Assembly (NCBI GenBank): GCA_022819805.1
Contig: JAJEGO010000065.1
Span: 4,794 to 68,793 of the forward strand
Length of the DNA stretch: 64,000 nucleotides
Reading direction: 5' to 3'
Source: Candidatus Dadabacteria bacterium
GTDB taxonomy: Bacteria; Desulfobacterota_D; UBA1144; Nemesobacterales; Nemesobacteraceae
The position numbers and the translations under genes are program-made. Position 1 is the first letter of the stretch. Every line of letters starts with the position of its first letter. The notes beneath the pieces were generated by a model. The model made no database searches, was not told the DNA's origin, and was given only the letters and a program-made list of their open reading frames with translations. Of the stretch, positions 30,250 through 39,375 are shown piece after piece.

Positions 30250-30579
30250 TCAGATTTTTCCCTGGAGCAGAAACGCTATCAGCAGGGCGTAGATTACCAG
30301 AGACTCGATCAGGGCGAGACCGATAATCATAGGCGTCTGAATCTTCGCGGAAGCACCGGGGTTTCTGGCTATGCCGTCTACAGCGGAAGCCGTGGCGAGC
30401 CCCTGACCTACTCCCGCAACGCCTGCGGCTATGCCTATTCCTACGCCGGCACCGATGCCAAGTCCCATCTTTGCCAAGTCGCCTAGGCCGCCCCCCTCGG
30501 TCGCGGCAAACGCGTCAGGAACGAAAGCGCCGAACGAAGCCAGTGCCGCCAGACCTATAAAAGAAAATAACCTTTTCAT
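30250..30579 (-). CDS. atpE: F0F1 ATP synthase subunit c with N-terminal signal-peptide-like extension
   Basis: [15 protein letters not shown] ... ARNP ... LIESLVIY hairpin motifs. These are preceded by [25 protein letters not shown]. Confidence 0.88.
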   Translation of the reverse strand: MKRLFSFIGLAALASFGAFVPDAFAATEGGGLGDLAKMGLGIGAGVGIGIAAGVAGVGQGLATASAVDGIARNPGASAKIQTPMIIGLALIESLVIYALLIAFLLQGKI

Positions 30580-30600
30580 TTCTTACCTCCTAGATTTATG

Positions 30601-31290
30601 TCAGTGTTCATGCGCTTCGGCAAGCGCGATATATATAGTCGAAAGTATGGTGAATATAAAAGCCTGCAGAAAAGACACGAAAATACCGAGTCCCACGAAA
30701 GCCATGGGGATCAGTATATGCGTGAGGTTGGTAAACACCCCAAGCACCATGTGGTCGCCCGTTATGTTCATGAAAAGCCTGAGGGAGAGCGACAGGGGCC
30801 TTACAAGATGGCTTATCACCTCGATGATCAGCATAAGCGGTGCAAGGAAAATCACCGGACCCAGAAAATGCTTGACGTAACCCAACCCGTGCTCCCTTAT
30901 TCCGTAGTAGTTGTACATGACGAATATGAGAAGCGAGCACGCTACCGTGGTGTTAAGGTTTCCGGTCGGCGGCAAAAAGCCCGGGACCATCCCCAGCAGG
31001 TTCGCAAACAGTATGAAGAAAAACGATCCGGCCAGAAGCGGGAAATATTTCTTCGCCTTCTCCCGGGATCCGAAAACGTTTTCAATCGTGTTGAAGAGAA
31101 ACTCAAGTCCCACAAGCTCGAAGAAAATGTTCATCGACGGTTTCTCTTCGGGGATTACGGATTCTTCTCTCGAGTAATGTTTTGTCACCCTCAGGCCGAT
31201 AAACAGTATGAACAGAAGTACCAGCACTCCGCCCAGAATATGGTCGTACTGTATGAGACCGGCCAGTGAAAACCAGCTGAAATGTTCCAT
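30601..31290 (-). CDS. atpB: F0F1 ATP synthase subunit a
   Basis: 229 aa with 5 TM segments and the conserved LSLSLRLFMNITGDH arginine region. Confidence 0.88.
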   Translation of the reverse strand: MEHFSWFSLAGLIQYDHILGGVLVLLFILFIGLRVTKHYSREESVIPEEKPSMNIFFELVGLEFLFNTIENVFGSREKAKKYFPLLAGSFFFILFANLLGMVPGFLPPTGNLNTTVACSLLIFVMYNYYGIREHGLGYVKHFLGPVIFLAPLMLIIEVISHLVRPLSLSLRLFMNITGDHMVLGVFTNLTHILIPMAFVGLGIFVSFLQAFIFTILSTIYIALAEAHEH

Positions 31291-31292
31291 CT

Positions 31293-31634
31293 CTAACCCT
31301 TCAAACCTTTGCCTATTATTACTATCACCACGGAAGTTAAGCCTATCATTAAACCATATATATTTAGTTTTGCAAATATGAGCAGAACCGCTATTATCGC
31401 AAGCAGCGCGAGCATTTTCATAACCAGTATGAATATGGAAAATGCGAGGGAATATCTCTTTTCCGCAAGTGCTTTTACAATGAATCTTATGGCCACGTAA
31501 TCCAGCAGAAAAAGCACTCCCGCAACAGCTATGGCCACTGCGACCGCTGTTTCCCCGATGGCGATGTTCACGACGAAAAGAAGTGCCGTTACCGCCAAGG
31601 ACGTCTTCTCAACGCCGAGATCAAGATTTTTCAT
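31293..31634 (-). CDS. atpI: ATP synthase protein I (AtpI)
   Basis: 113-aa hydrophobic protein immediately upstream of atpB. Confidence 0.6.
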   Translation of the reverse strand: MKNLDLGVEKTSLAVTALLFVVNIAIGETAVAVAIAVAGVLFLLDYVAIRFIVKALAEKRYSLAFSIFILVMKMLALLAIIAVLLIFAKLNIYGLMIGLTSVVIVIIGKGLKG

Positions 31635-31809
31635 CGTTTCCGTTTTCTCTGTTCTGTCTGAGTTTCAGGGTACGCAAAAGCAGGGTCAATCCCGCTATGA
31701 CTCCGCACACAAGACCTAGCAGGGTAAAGAAGGGGAAGGCGGTGTCAAGTTTTCCGTCAATATAGTCACCGAGGACTAGCCCCGCTATGACGGAAAAAGC
31801 GAACTCAAT
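31621..31809 (-). CDS. atpZ: AtpZ/AtpR-like small membrane protein; no canonical start codon in frame (start uncertain)
   Basis: The minus-strand frame reads ...IGIEFAFSVIAGLVLGDYIDGKLDTAFPFFTLLGLVCGVIAGLTLLLRTLKLRQNRENGNDEKS*. The G..LD...T.P motif is typical of AtpZ. Its stop overlaps the atpI ATG by 14 nt. The frame stays open back to 31905. Confidence 0.45.
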   Translation of the reverse strand: MEFAFSVIAGLVLGDYIDGKLDTAFPFFTLLGLVCGVIAGLTLLLRTLKLRQNRENGNDEKS

Positions 31810-31849
31810 TCCGATTACAGTGAAAAAAAGCCAGTTGGAATTTCTGATT

Positions 31850-33163
31850 TCACTCTCCCTGAGAAATTTCCCGAAGCGACGTGTGGATGGCCCGAAGCGT
31901 CTGGTCTATCTGCTTTTTCGTGTGTGCTGCCGAAACGAATACGCTTTCGAACTGGGACGGGGGAAACATGACTCCGTTTTGAAGAAGGTTTCTGAAGAAT
32001 CTTGCGTACTTTTCCGTGTCACATCCAAGCGCCCCGGAGTAGTCCGTGACTCTCTCTGCGGTGAAAAACACGGTGAACATTGAACCTACCGAGTTTACGG
32101 TGACGGCAATGCCGAGCTCGGCTGCTATCTCCCGTATTCCGGATACCAGAATGCCGGTCAGGCCCTCCATCCGCCTGTAGGTTCTTGCGTTTAGCTCTTT
32201 TATGGTTGCAAGTCCCGCGGCCATGGCAAGCGGATTTCCCGACAGGGTCCCCGCCTGGTACATGGGACCTTCCGGGGAAACCATCCCCATTATTTCCCTG
32301 CTTGCCCCATATGCTCCCACCGGAAGCCCTCCTCCTATTATTTTCCCGAGGCAGGTTATGTCCGGGGTTACGTCGAACAGAGCCTGTGCGCCTCCCCTGG
32401 CGAGACGAAACCCTGTTATGACCTCGTCAAATATGAGAACTGCTCCGTGTTTTTTGCAAGTCGAGCGCAGTCGCTTGAGAAAGTTTTTCTCCGGGGTTAC
32501 CACTCCCATATTCCCCGCCACGGGTTCGATTATCACCCCGGCGATCTTCCGGGGGTACTTGGCGAAGAGCTTTTTGACGGAATCTATGTCGTTATACCGC
32601 GCGAGCAGGGTCCTGTTCACAAACGATTTCGGAACCCCGGCGCTGCTTGGATTCCCGAAAGTCGTGGCTCCGGAGCCGGATTTCACGAGCAGAAAATCCG
32701 AATGCCCATGGTAGCATCCCTCAAACTTGACTATGTATTCCCTTGCGGTGACCGCTCTTGCGAGCCTTATGGCGCTCATCGTGGCCTCGGTTCCGGAGTT
32801 AGTCAGGCGAACCTTCTCAATCGAGGGAAAGCTTCTGGTTATCAGCGCGGCGAGGTCTGTTTCCAGTTCGCACGGGGCGCCGTAGCTGGTTCCAAGCGGG
32901 AGCCTCTCCCCAACGGCGCTTACGACCGAGGGATGTGAGTGCCCAAGGATCAGCGGACCCCACGAGGCCACGTAGTCGATGAACCTGTTGCCGTCCGCGT
33001 CATATACGTAGGAGCCTTCGGCCCTCGATACAAAAAGCGGTGAACCTCCCACGGCCGCGAAGGATCTCACGGGGCTGTTTACCCCGCCCACAAGAACGTT
33101 TTTCGCCCTGCGAAAAAGTTTCTCTGAATTGCTGGTGTTCATAGAAAGACGGTTAGACCTCAA
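31850..33163 (-). CDS. hemL: glutamate-1-semialdehyde 2,1-aminomutase
   Basis: VLVGGVNSPVRSF N-terminal motif and the PLP-lysine region. Confidence 0.92.
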   Translation of the reverse strand: MRSNRLSMNTSNSEKLFRRAKNVLVGGVNSPVRSFAAVGGSPLFVSRAEGSYVYDADGNRFIDYVASWGPLILGHSHPSVVSAVGERLPLGTSYGAPCELETDLAALITRSFPSIEKVRLTNSGTEATMSAIRLARAVTAREYIVKFEGCYHGHSDFLLVKSGSGATTFGNPSSAGVPKSFVNRTLLARYNDIDSVKKLFAKYPRKIAGVIIEPVAGNMGVVTPEKNFLKRLRSTCKKHGAVLIFDEVITGFRLARGGAQALFDVTPDITCLGKIIGGGLPVGAYGASREIMGMVSPEGPMYQAGTLSGNPLAMAAGLATIKELNARTYRRMEGLTGILVSGIREIAAELGIAVTVNSVGSMFTVFFTAERVTDYSGALGCDTEKYARFFRNLLQNGVMFPPSQFESVFVSAAHTKKQIDQTLRAIHTSLREISQGE

Positions 33164-33178
33164 CCACGGCTGGAACTT

Positions 33179-33994
33179 TTATTGTTCCGGTCCCGACAGG
33201 TTTTTCAGGTGTTTTTTCGCCTCGGCGGCCTCGGGTGACTTTGGGTATGCTTCAATCAGCGATTCGAAAAAAAGACTCGCTTCGTTCGGTTTTCCTATTT
33301 CCATGAGGGCAAGTCCCTGGTTGAGTTGGCAAAGCGGGATTTTGGGGCTGGCGGGCCAGGTTTCGATTATGTTCTGGTATTCGAGTATGGCTTCCTCGTA
33401 GAGCTTTTCCCTGAAGTAGGAATCCGCGATGAGAAACATTGCGTCTGCGGCCTCATCGCTTCGGGGGGCGTCGGCCAAGTGTTTCCTCAGCAGCGCTCTT
33501 GCGGTCTCGTAATTCCCGTCGGCAAACTCCTTTAGTCCCAGATTGTAATTCTCCTTGGGTTTTTTCTCCGCGGGGGTGGGCGCCGTTTCGGTTTTCCCGG
33601 CTGGAGTTTCCGAAGCCTCCACAGGAGGCGTGGCGGGCGGTGTCTTCGGTCCGGGCACTGCATCTTTGGCTCCGGAGCCCGCACTCATCGACAGTCTGCT
33701 TTCTATGCTTTTGAAGCGCTCCTCGATCTGCGCGTGTATTTTGCCTATTATCTGCTCAAGTTCCAGAAGCTTGTTTTCAAGTTCGAAAGTCTTTTCGTTA
33801 AGATCCAGTATGTTTTCTTCTTTCTTTACTTCCGCCTTCAGCCAGTCGATATCCTTTTGAGTCTTTTTTAAGGTTGTCTCGATTTCTCTTTGCCTGGAGT
33901 AAATGAAATCCATGTCACCTTCCGATGCCACGCACCCGTACATGAACGTGGAGCAGAACAACGCTGCGGCGACGGCCAGATGTTTTTTTCTCAT
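33179..33994 (-). CDS. cpoB: cell-division coordinator CpoB/YbgF (coiled coil plus TPR)
   Basis: Signal peptide, long coiled coil and C-terminal TPR repeats. It overlaps the pal-like gene by 4 nt. Confidence 0.7.
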   Translation of the reverse strand: MRKKHLAVAAALFCSTFMYGCVASEGDMDFIYSRQREIETTLKKTQKDIDWLKAEVKKEENILDLNEKTFELENKLLELEQIIGKIHAQIEERFKSIESRLSMSAGSGAKDAVPGPKTPPATPPVEASETPAGKTETAPTPAEKKPKENYNLGLKEFADGNYETARALLRKHLADAPRSDEAADAMFLIADSYFREKLYEEAILEYQNIIETWPASPKIPLCQLNQGLALMEIGKPNEASLFFESLIEAYPKSPEAAEAKKHLKNLSGPEQ

Positions 33995-34776
33995 TGGTTA
34001 TCCGAAGGATTGCTGTCTGAAGAACTGTCGGCGGAGAGAGCCAAGAAGTGTCCACGTCTGTTGCGGCTGTACGCCTCTTCCGACGTTCCCTCCTGCCATA
34101 TTTCCGTCTCTCCCTTGCTGATGGAGTGCAGCATGTCGGGGGATACGCCTTTTCCGATCATGTATTTCTTGATTTCATCCGCCCTTTTCTTTCCGAGGGA
34201 AAGGTTGTATTCCTCGGTCCCGCGGATGTCGCAGAAACCGAAGACGAGAATGAATTTGATCCTGTCTTTGTTTTTTTCAAAGACGGCGATGTTGCGGTCG
34301 ATTATCTCCATTGTCTCTTCCGATATCTCCGCGCTGTCAAATTCGAAAAAGACATCCGAAGTTGGAAGGTTAAGGAGATTTTCCCTGGAAAACGCGTCGC
34401 TTAGCAGGGATTTCCGTATTTCCTGGGCCTCTTCGTCAAAGCCCTCCATGAAGGTATCTTCCCTGGCCGCGCCGATTGCCTGCGTGGCCTTCAGTTCCGC
34501 CTGAGAAAGAACCTTGTCCGCTTCCTCAAACTCTCCGTCGCTTATCAGGCTTTCTGCCAGGTCGAAGAGTTTTTGCGCCTCTTCATACTCCCAGGTGTCT
34601 TCGGCGCCCTCCGCGCGGGCCTCCTCAAGCTTTTCTGAAACCGCGAGAACCTTATACTCAATTTCCGCTGAGGGTTCCGCGGGCGGTGGAGGCGGAGTCT
34701 TCTTTGAGCACCCTGAAATGTGCAGAATACCCACAACCAACAGGAAAAAGGCAACCGCCGGGATTATTTTTTTCAT
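33991..34776 (-). CDS. pal: OmpA-family / Pal-like lipoprotein
   Basis: The start was set at the internal MKKIIPAVAFFLLVVGILHISGC lipobox. C-terminal OmpA domain TSDVFFEFDSAEI...NLSLGKKRA. Confidence 0.75.
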   Translation of the reverse strand: MKKIIPAVAFFLLVVGILHISGCSKKTPPPPPAEPSAEIEYKVLAVSEKLEEARAEGAEDTWEYEEAQKLFDLAESLISDGEFEEADKVLSQAELKATQAIGAAREDTFMEGFDEEAQEIRKSLLSDAFSRENLLNLPTSDVFFEFDSAEISEETMEIIDRNIAVFEKNKDRIKFILVFGFCDIRGTEEYNLSLGKKRADEIKKYMIGKGVSPDMLHSISKGETEIWQEGTSEEAYSRNRRGHFLALSADSSSDSNPSDNQ

Positions 34777-34919
34777 GTATAGAGATTCAGTCTGTTTTAA
34801 AAGGCGCCGCCGCGTCGCGGCAGGTAAACTTAAGAACGGGATTACTCTAGCACAAGGGAAATGTTTTTTCAATTTTCCCGAAACATTTTGTTCTCGGGAT
34901 AAAAAAAAGGAGTTTTTCA

Positions 34920-35495
34920 GTGAACGACGCGTCTTCGGTTTCCGGGATTTTCTGGAACGACTCCCCGGTAGTGGTCATAACCAGCAGGCGGAAGGATAAG
35001 ATAAACGGCCAGGTGGCCGTAACGCTTGTCACCTCTTCCATAGTACATACCATCCCCAGGCTCCTTGTCGGAATATGGAAGGGAAACCACACCCACGGAT
35101 TCATAATGGAAAGCAGGAACCTCGTGGTTCACCTTCTCAGAAAGGATCAGATCGCCCTTGTCCGAAATTTCGGCTTTTATTCCGGCAGGGACAGAGAAAA
35201 GTTCCCCGGCATAGACCACTTTGAGGGCAGAAACGGCTGCCCGGTCCTAAGGGACGTGCATTCCTACGTCGAGTGTTCGGTGCTCAACGCCATGGACGGG
35301 GGAGACATGACGGCTTTTCTGGTAAGCGCCGATTACGGGGAGATAGTGAGGGGAGGGGGATGGATGACGCTTGCTGACTTCTACACTCTCGCTCCCGAGG
35401 AATGGGTGATGGAGTACGGACGGAAACTGATGGAGTCTGTGAGTTTCTCAATGCCGATAATCCATAAAATAAGCCACGAGCCGTTTGAGCCTTAA
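34920..35495 (+). CDS. flavin reductase-like domain protein (FMN-binding split barrel)
   Basis: 191 aa. The GIFWNDSPVVVITS...GQVAVTLVTS pattern fits the flavin reductase family. Confidence 0.65.
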   Translation: MNDASSVSGIFWNDSPVVVITSRRKDKINGQVAVTLVTSSIVHTIPRLLVGIWKGNHTHGFIMESRNLVVHLLRKDQIALVRNFGFYSGRDREKFPGIDHFEGRNGCPVLRDVHSYVECSVLNAMDGGDMTAFLVSADYGEIVRGGGWMTLADFYTLAPEEWVMEYGRKLMESVSFSMPIIHKISHEPFEP

Positions 35496-35512
35496 GCGGC
35501 GCTGTTTTCCCC

Positions 35513-35911
35513 TCAGCGGATTATTATGGTCGCGGAGCCGGAGTTTCTCTCCGCGTATCTCCTGAGTCTGTTTCTGAGTTCTTTTTTGAACCAGTCCCTG
35601 GTAAAGGGAACAAGAAGGGAGAAGCCGAGGAGATCCGTGAGCAGTCCCGGGGTGAGAAGCACCACCCCTCCCACGAGTATCAAGAGGCCGTTTATGAGGT
35701 TTTCCGTGGGCGCTCTTCCCTGGGCGAGTTCCGCTCTTATCGCGCCGACGGCGCGGGTTCCCTGACTTCTTGCGAGCGCCGCTCCAAGAACTCCCGTCGC
35801 TATTACTATAAGTATGGTCGGCCAGAGTCCTATCAGGTTCCCGAGCTTTATGAGCAGCGCCAGCTCGATAAGGGGAACCACGGTGAACAGAATTAGCAGT
35901 CTTGCAAACAT
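35513..35911 (-). CDS. fxsA: FxsA family membrane protein
   Basis: N-terminus LLILFTVVPLIELALLIKLG and a basic C-terminal tail. Confidence 0.75.
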   Translation of the reverse strand: MFARLLILFTVVPLIELALLIKLGNLIGLWPTILIVIATGVLGAALARSQGTRAVGAIRAELAQGRAPTENLINGLLILVGGVVLLTPGLLTDLLGFSLLVPFTRDWFKKELRNRLRRYAERNSGSATIIIR

Positions 35912-35985
35912 TTGAAGTCGTCTCGGATAATCCCGGTTATCTGTACGGTATAATAATATATCCGGGGGAAAATGCCGAATTGCCG

Positions 35986-36726
35986 ATGGGAAAGCTGCTT
36001 TTGCGAAGAAGAATTCTCATATCATTTCTGCTTGTCCTGTGTATCGGGGTGGGGGGATGCCGGCTCTTCAGGTTCCTTGAGGTAAAAAGCCAGCTTGGGA
36101 GTTTCGGCGAGAATTTCAGCGTGAGCGACCACGACGGCCTGAGACTCATCTTCAAAAAGCCCGTCCTGCTCGCAGGAGACATGGAGTGGCTCATGGTCTA
36201 CTCCCCGCCCGTGAAAACCCCCATTTCCGAAGACACCGAGCTTTGGACCTATCACCTGGTGAAGAAATATCCGGGCAGAAAAAGCGAAAGCGGGAATTTT
36301 GACTTGGACATGGGGATGAAGCTTTGTAGCGGGAAGCTCTGCGAGATCGCCTTTCCCGAGCGCTTCGCGAAGTACATAAACAAGGAGGTTCTCGGCAAGG
36401 TCATGGGCTCGGTGGGCGGCGCCGAAGTGAAAAAGCTTGCTAAGACGAGCACCGCGGCGGTCAAATCCCTTGAGTCCAAGGAAATCCCGAACTTCTCAGA
36501 GGTGATAGAGATTCTCGGCCGCCCGTACACAAAGCTCAGCGAAGACGGCGGAGATGTCTTCGTCTACAAGTACAGGCTGCGGGAGAGGACCCCGGAGGGA
36601 AAATACATCGTGTTCAGGCTTCTTCTGAGCTTTAACGAGAAAACGGCCAAGCTCAAGAGGCTGGTGCTTCCGCTTAGAAGCGTGAGGCTCGCGATGAATT
36701 TCGAGGCGGACGTGGCGGGAAGATGA
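35986..36726 (+). CDS. hypothetical lipoprotein
   Basis: Signal peptide with lipobox LCIGVGGC. No recognisable domain was found by eye. It overlaps ispE by 4 nt. Confidence 0.45.
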   Translation: MGKLLLRRRILISFLLVLCIGVGGCRLFRFLEVKSQLGSFGENFSVSDHDGLRLIFKKPVLLAGDMEWLMVYSPPVKTPISEDTELWTYHLVKKYPGRKSESGNFDLDMGMKLCSGKLCEIAFPERFAKYINKEVLGKVMGSVGGAEVKKLAKTSTAAVKSLESKEIPNFSEVIEILGRPYTKLSEDGGDVFVYKYRLRERTPEGKYIVFRLLLSFNEKTAKLKRLVLPLRSVRLAMNFEADVAGR

Positions 36727-37586
36727 GTTTTGTGAAGCTTCTTTCCCCGGCGAAGGTGAATCTGTTCCTGAGGGTTCTCCAAAAACGCCCGGACGGGTAT
36801 CATGAACTCCAGTCCATACTCCAGCCCGTAAGCCTCTTTGACGAAATAAGCCTTTCGGTGGAGTCGGGAGAAGGGGTAAGTCTTTTCCCTTCGGGAAGGG
36901 ACATGCCTTCTGGAAAGGACAACCTTGCCGTGGCCGCATGCCGCCTTTATCTTGAAGCTGCCGCGGTGCGAAAAAGGGTTTCGATAGCGATAGAAAAAAA
37001 CATTCCTCTCGGCGCGGGACTCGGCGGAGGAAGTTCAAACGCCGCAGCGGTTCTCGTGGGTCTTAACAAGGTTCTCGGGAAATTTACCGACGCCGAACTG
37101 CTACAGATGGCCGCATCTCTCGGAGCCGACGTCCCGTTCTTTATAAGATGCACCGCCTCGTTTGTCGAGGGAGTGGGGGAGAAGGTGAGCGTGCTTTCTG
37201 ATTTTCCGCTCTTTCACTACGTTATCCTCTTCCCCCGCAAGAGCCTCTCGACCCGGGAAGTCTATGCCGGGTGGAAACAGCCGTACCGGCTGCCCGAGAG
37301 AGCCGATCCCGTTTCCTTGGTGGAAGGGTTCCGCGGCGGTTTCCCCATTGAAAACGGTCTTGAGGAGGCGGTCTTCGGGATTTTCCCCGATATTTTCTCC
37401 TTCAGGGAGATTTTCCGGTCGCTCGGGGCGCGCTATGTGCTCGTGTCGGGAAGCGGGTCGTCGGTTTTTTCCGTTTTCCGCAAACAGGGGGAGGCGGAGC
37501 AGATCTACGAATACCTGAGAACCTCTTCTGAATTTGACGTTTTTCTGGCCCAAGGGATAAGCGGCTGGCATTTCCTTGCGGACTGA
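36723..37586 (+). CDS. ispE: 4-(cytidine 5'-diphospho)-2-C-methyl-D-erythritol kinase
   Basis: LLSPAKVNLFLRVL and GHMP-kinase motif PLGAGLGGGSSNAAA. Confidence 0.9.
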   Translation: MSFVKLLSPAKVNLFLRVLQKRPDGYHELQSILQPVSLFDEISLSVESGEGVSLFPSGRDMPSGKDNLAVAACRLYLEAAAVRKRVSIAIEKNIPLGAGLGGGSSNAAAVLVGLNKVLGKFTDAELLQMAASLGADVPFFIRCTASFVEGVGEKVSVLSDFPLFHYVILFPRKSLSTREVYAGWKQPYRLPERADPVSLVEGFRGGFPIENGLEEAVFGIFPDIFSFREIFRSLGARYVLVSGSGSSVFSVFRKQGEAEQIYEYLRTSSEFDVFLAQGISGWHFLAD

Positions 37587-37775
37587 ACCTTCTCAGCTGA
37601 CTTGCTTGCGGCCCGCGCTTCCGCTTGCGATACTTCGTTATGCTGACCGTCTTATATTCTCCTGAAATAATTTAACTGCCTGTTCTGCTTGCAAGAATAG
37701 GGTTGTGGGAGTAAAATGCCTAAGAGCAGAGAAAAGCTGCTCAGAACCGGAAAACTGCCCTGATTTAAAATAGCT

Positions 37776-39107
37776 TTGAAGATGAAATTAACACGCCTGG
37801 GAAAACTGAGGAATCGCCTTGGGTGCAAGGGGTGTTCCGTGATACGCATTGGGAGGGGAGTCGCTAAAGCCTTGAATATATCGCGTGTTTTCGTTGTCGT
37901 CGCGGGACTTTTGCTGGGACTTATGCTCATGGGAGGGCCTGCGGAGGTCAACACCCAAGAGACCAGTGTCGACGGCGATCTCAGATTGGTGGACATGGCT
38001 ACCGGTGAGGTAGTGAGCCTTGTTATTGCTGCTGCGCCCTCGGGCAGGCTTGAAATATTTGATGATGAAGATGGCGACGGCACTGGGGAATGGAAGGCAA
38101 TATGCGACGATTATCTTGGAGCGCTGGGAACGCAAGAAAGGGGAAACCTTCGGGTGATCGGCAGGCAGGAGGCCGAGGTCGCGTGCCGTCAGCTGGGCTA
38201 CTCTGGGGGTACTCCCATAACTGGGTTGACGCTGCCGGATGATATGGATTACCTGCTTGACAACCTTGAATGCGCGGGGTCTGAGGCGAGAATTTTCGGA
38301 GAGGGCAAGTGCAGACACCAGCCGCGCGGAGAACATGATTGCGAAAGCCAGAGAGCCCTTGGCGTCACATGTGAAGCCGCCACCTCGAATGACGATGCCG
38401 TAGGCAGGCTCGCAATCACGGGCGAAACTAAATTGAGGCAGACACTTGCCGCGGATCACACGGGCATTACCGACGAGGATGGCAAGCCGACTGAGGAGGC
38501 TTCTTTCAGCTATCAGTGGATCAGGGTTGATAATTACTGGAATGAAACCGAGATTCCCGGCGCGACGGCTTCCACCTATGTCCTTCAGGATGATGATGAG
38601 GAAAACTGGATCAAGGTGAGGCTGAGTTTCACGGACGATGATGGAAACGCGGAAGAGGTCTTCAGCTTTGAAGAGGGGCCCGTTTATACTGACAAGCCCG
38701 ACGGCTCTCTCCGATTAAGGCCCATTTTGCTCAGTTACAGCCTCGATGATGGTTCCACGCTCTCCGTGGACTCGGATCAGTTCACCGGCATGATCGAAAT
38801 ACTTGATGAGCCGAGCAGGAAATGGAAGGGAGTATGCGATGACGGGGCGGATGATGAAAATCTGGGGTGGGGCACGGAAGAAGCGCAGGTCGCATGTCGC
38901 CAGCTGGGCTACTCCGGGGGAATTCCGATCACCGAGATAGATGGGACCACCTCTCCGCCGACCTATTTTCTCCTTGATGGGGTGGAATGCGGAGGGACGG
39001 AGAAAAAGCTGCTTGATTGTGAACATGCGGAACGTGGAATTCACGATTGCACCTCGCTCGAATATGCAGGCGTTTTTTGTGACGACCCGGATAGCGACGA
39101 AAATTAA
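37776..39107 (+). CDS. secreted/anchored acidic protein with two SRCR-like (scavenger receptor cysteine-rich) domains flanking an Ig-like beta-sandwich repeat
   Basis: Hydrophobic N-terminal anchor. Two copies of CDD..G....EA.VACRQLGYSGG....(LD.L/LLDGV)EC.G.E..L..C....RG.HDC...(GV.C/GVFC). Between them lies a Y.W.RVD....EIPGAT.STYVL.DDD....IKV.LSFTDDDGN segment. Confidence 0.7.
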   Translation: MKMKLTRLGKLRNRLGCKGCSVIRIGRGVAKALNISRVFVVVAGLLLGLMLMGGPAEVNTQETSVDGDLRLVDMATGEVVSLVIAAAPSGRLEIFDDEDGDGTGEWKAICDDYLGALGTQERGNLRVIGRQEAEVACRQLGYSGGTPITGLTLPDDMDYLLDNLECAGSEARIFGEGKCRHQPRGEHDCESQRALGVTCEAATSNDDAVGRLAITGETKLRQTLAADHTGITDEDGKPTEEASFSYQWIRVDNYWNETEIPGATASTYVLQDDDEENWIKVRLSFTDDDGNAEEVFSFEEGPVYTDKPDGSLRLRPILLSYSLDDGSTLSVDSDQFTGMIEILDEPSRKWKGVCDDGADDENLGWGTEEAQVACRQLGYSGGIPITEIDGTTSPPTYFLLDGVECGGTEKKLLDCEHAERGIHDCTSLEYAGVFCDDPDSDEN

Positions 39108-39280
39108 TGAGGAAGCTTCCCATAAGCCGGTTCCCGGCTTTTATCTTATAATTTAGCCAGCTCAATCCTTCTACAGAAGTTCAGAAAAAACTGGGCGGGG
39201 TCTTAACTTGGTTGATGTCCGCGGTTCGGCTTTTGCTTTAACAGTCGTACGAATGTGGTAACATAAAACTTCCTTGCGAC

Positions 39281-39354
39281 TGGGGCGTCGTCTAACGGCA
39301 GGACACCGGGTTTTGGTCCCGGTAGTGGGGGTTCGAGTCCTCCCGCCCCAGCCA
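39281..39354 (+). tRNA. tRNA-Gln (anticodon UUG), CCA encoded
   Basis: Clean cloverleaf folded by hand: 7-bp acceptor tggggcg/cgcccca, D-arm with GG, anticodon stem ccggg/cccgg with loop ttTTGgt, T-arm gggggTTCGAGTCcctcc, discriminator G and CCA. The ends match E. coli tRNA-Gln (UGGGG...CCCCAGCCA). Confidence 0.9.
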
Positions 39355-39375
39355 AAAAAGACCGTTCTAGCGCCC

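Noticed and set aside
33890-34504. 204-aa plus-strand ORF across the cpoB/pal junction
   Set aside because: It is antisense to two well-supported overlapping genes, and its Ser/Leu-rich translation has no features.
39274-39375. N-terminal extension of the helicase ORF (MRLGRRLTAGHRVLVPVVGVRVLPPQPKK)
   Set aside because: This stretch folds into a canonical tRNA-Gln, so the protein start was moved to 39376.
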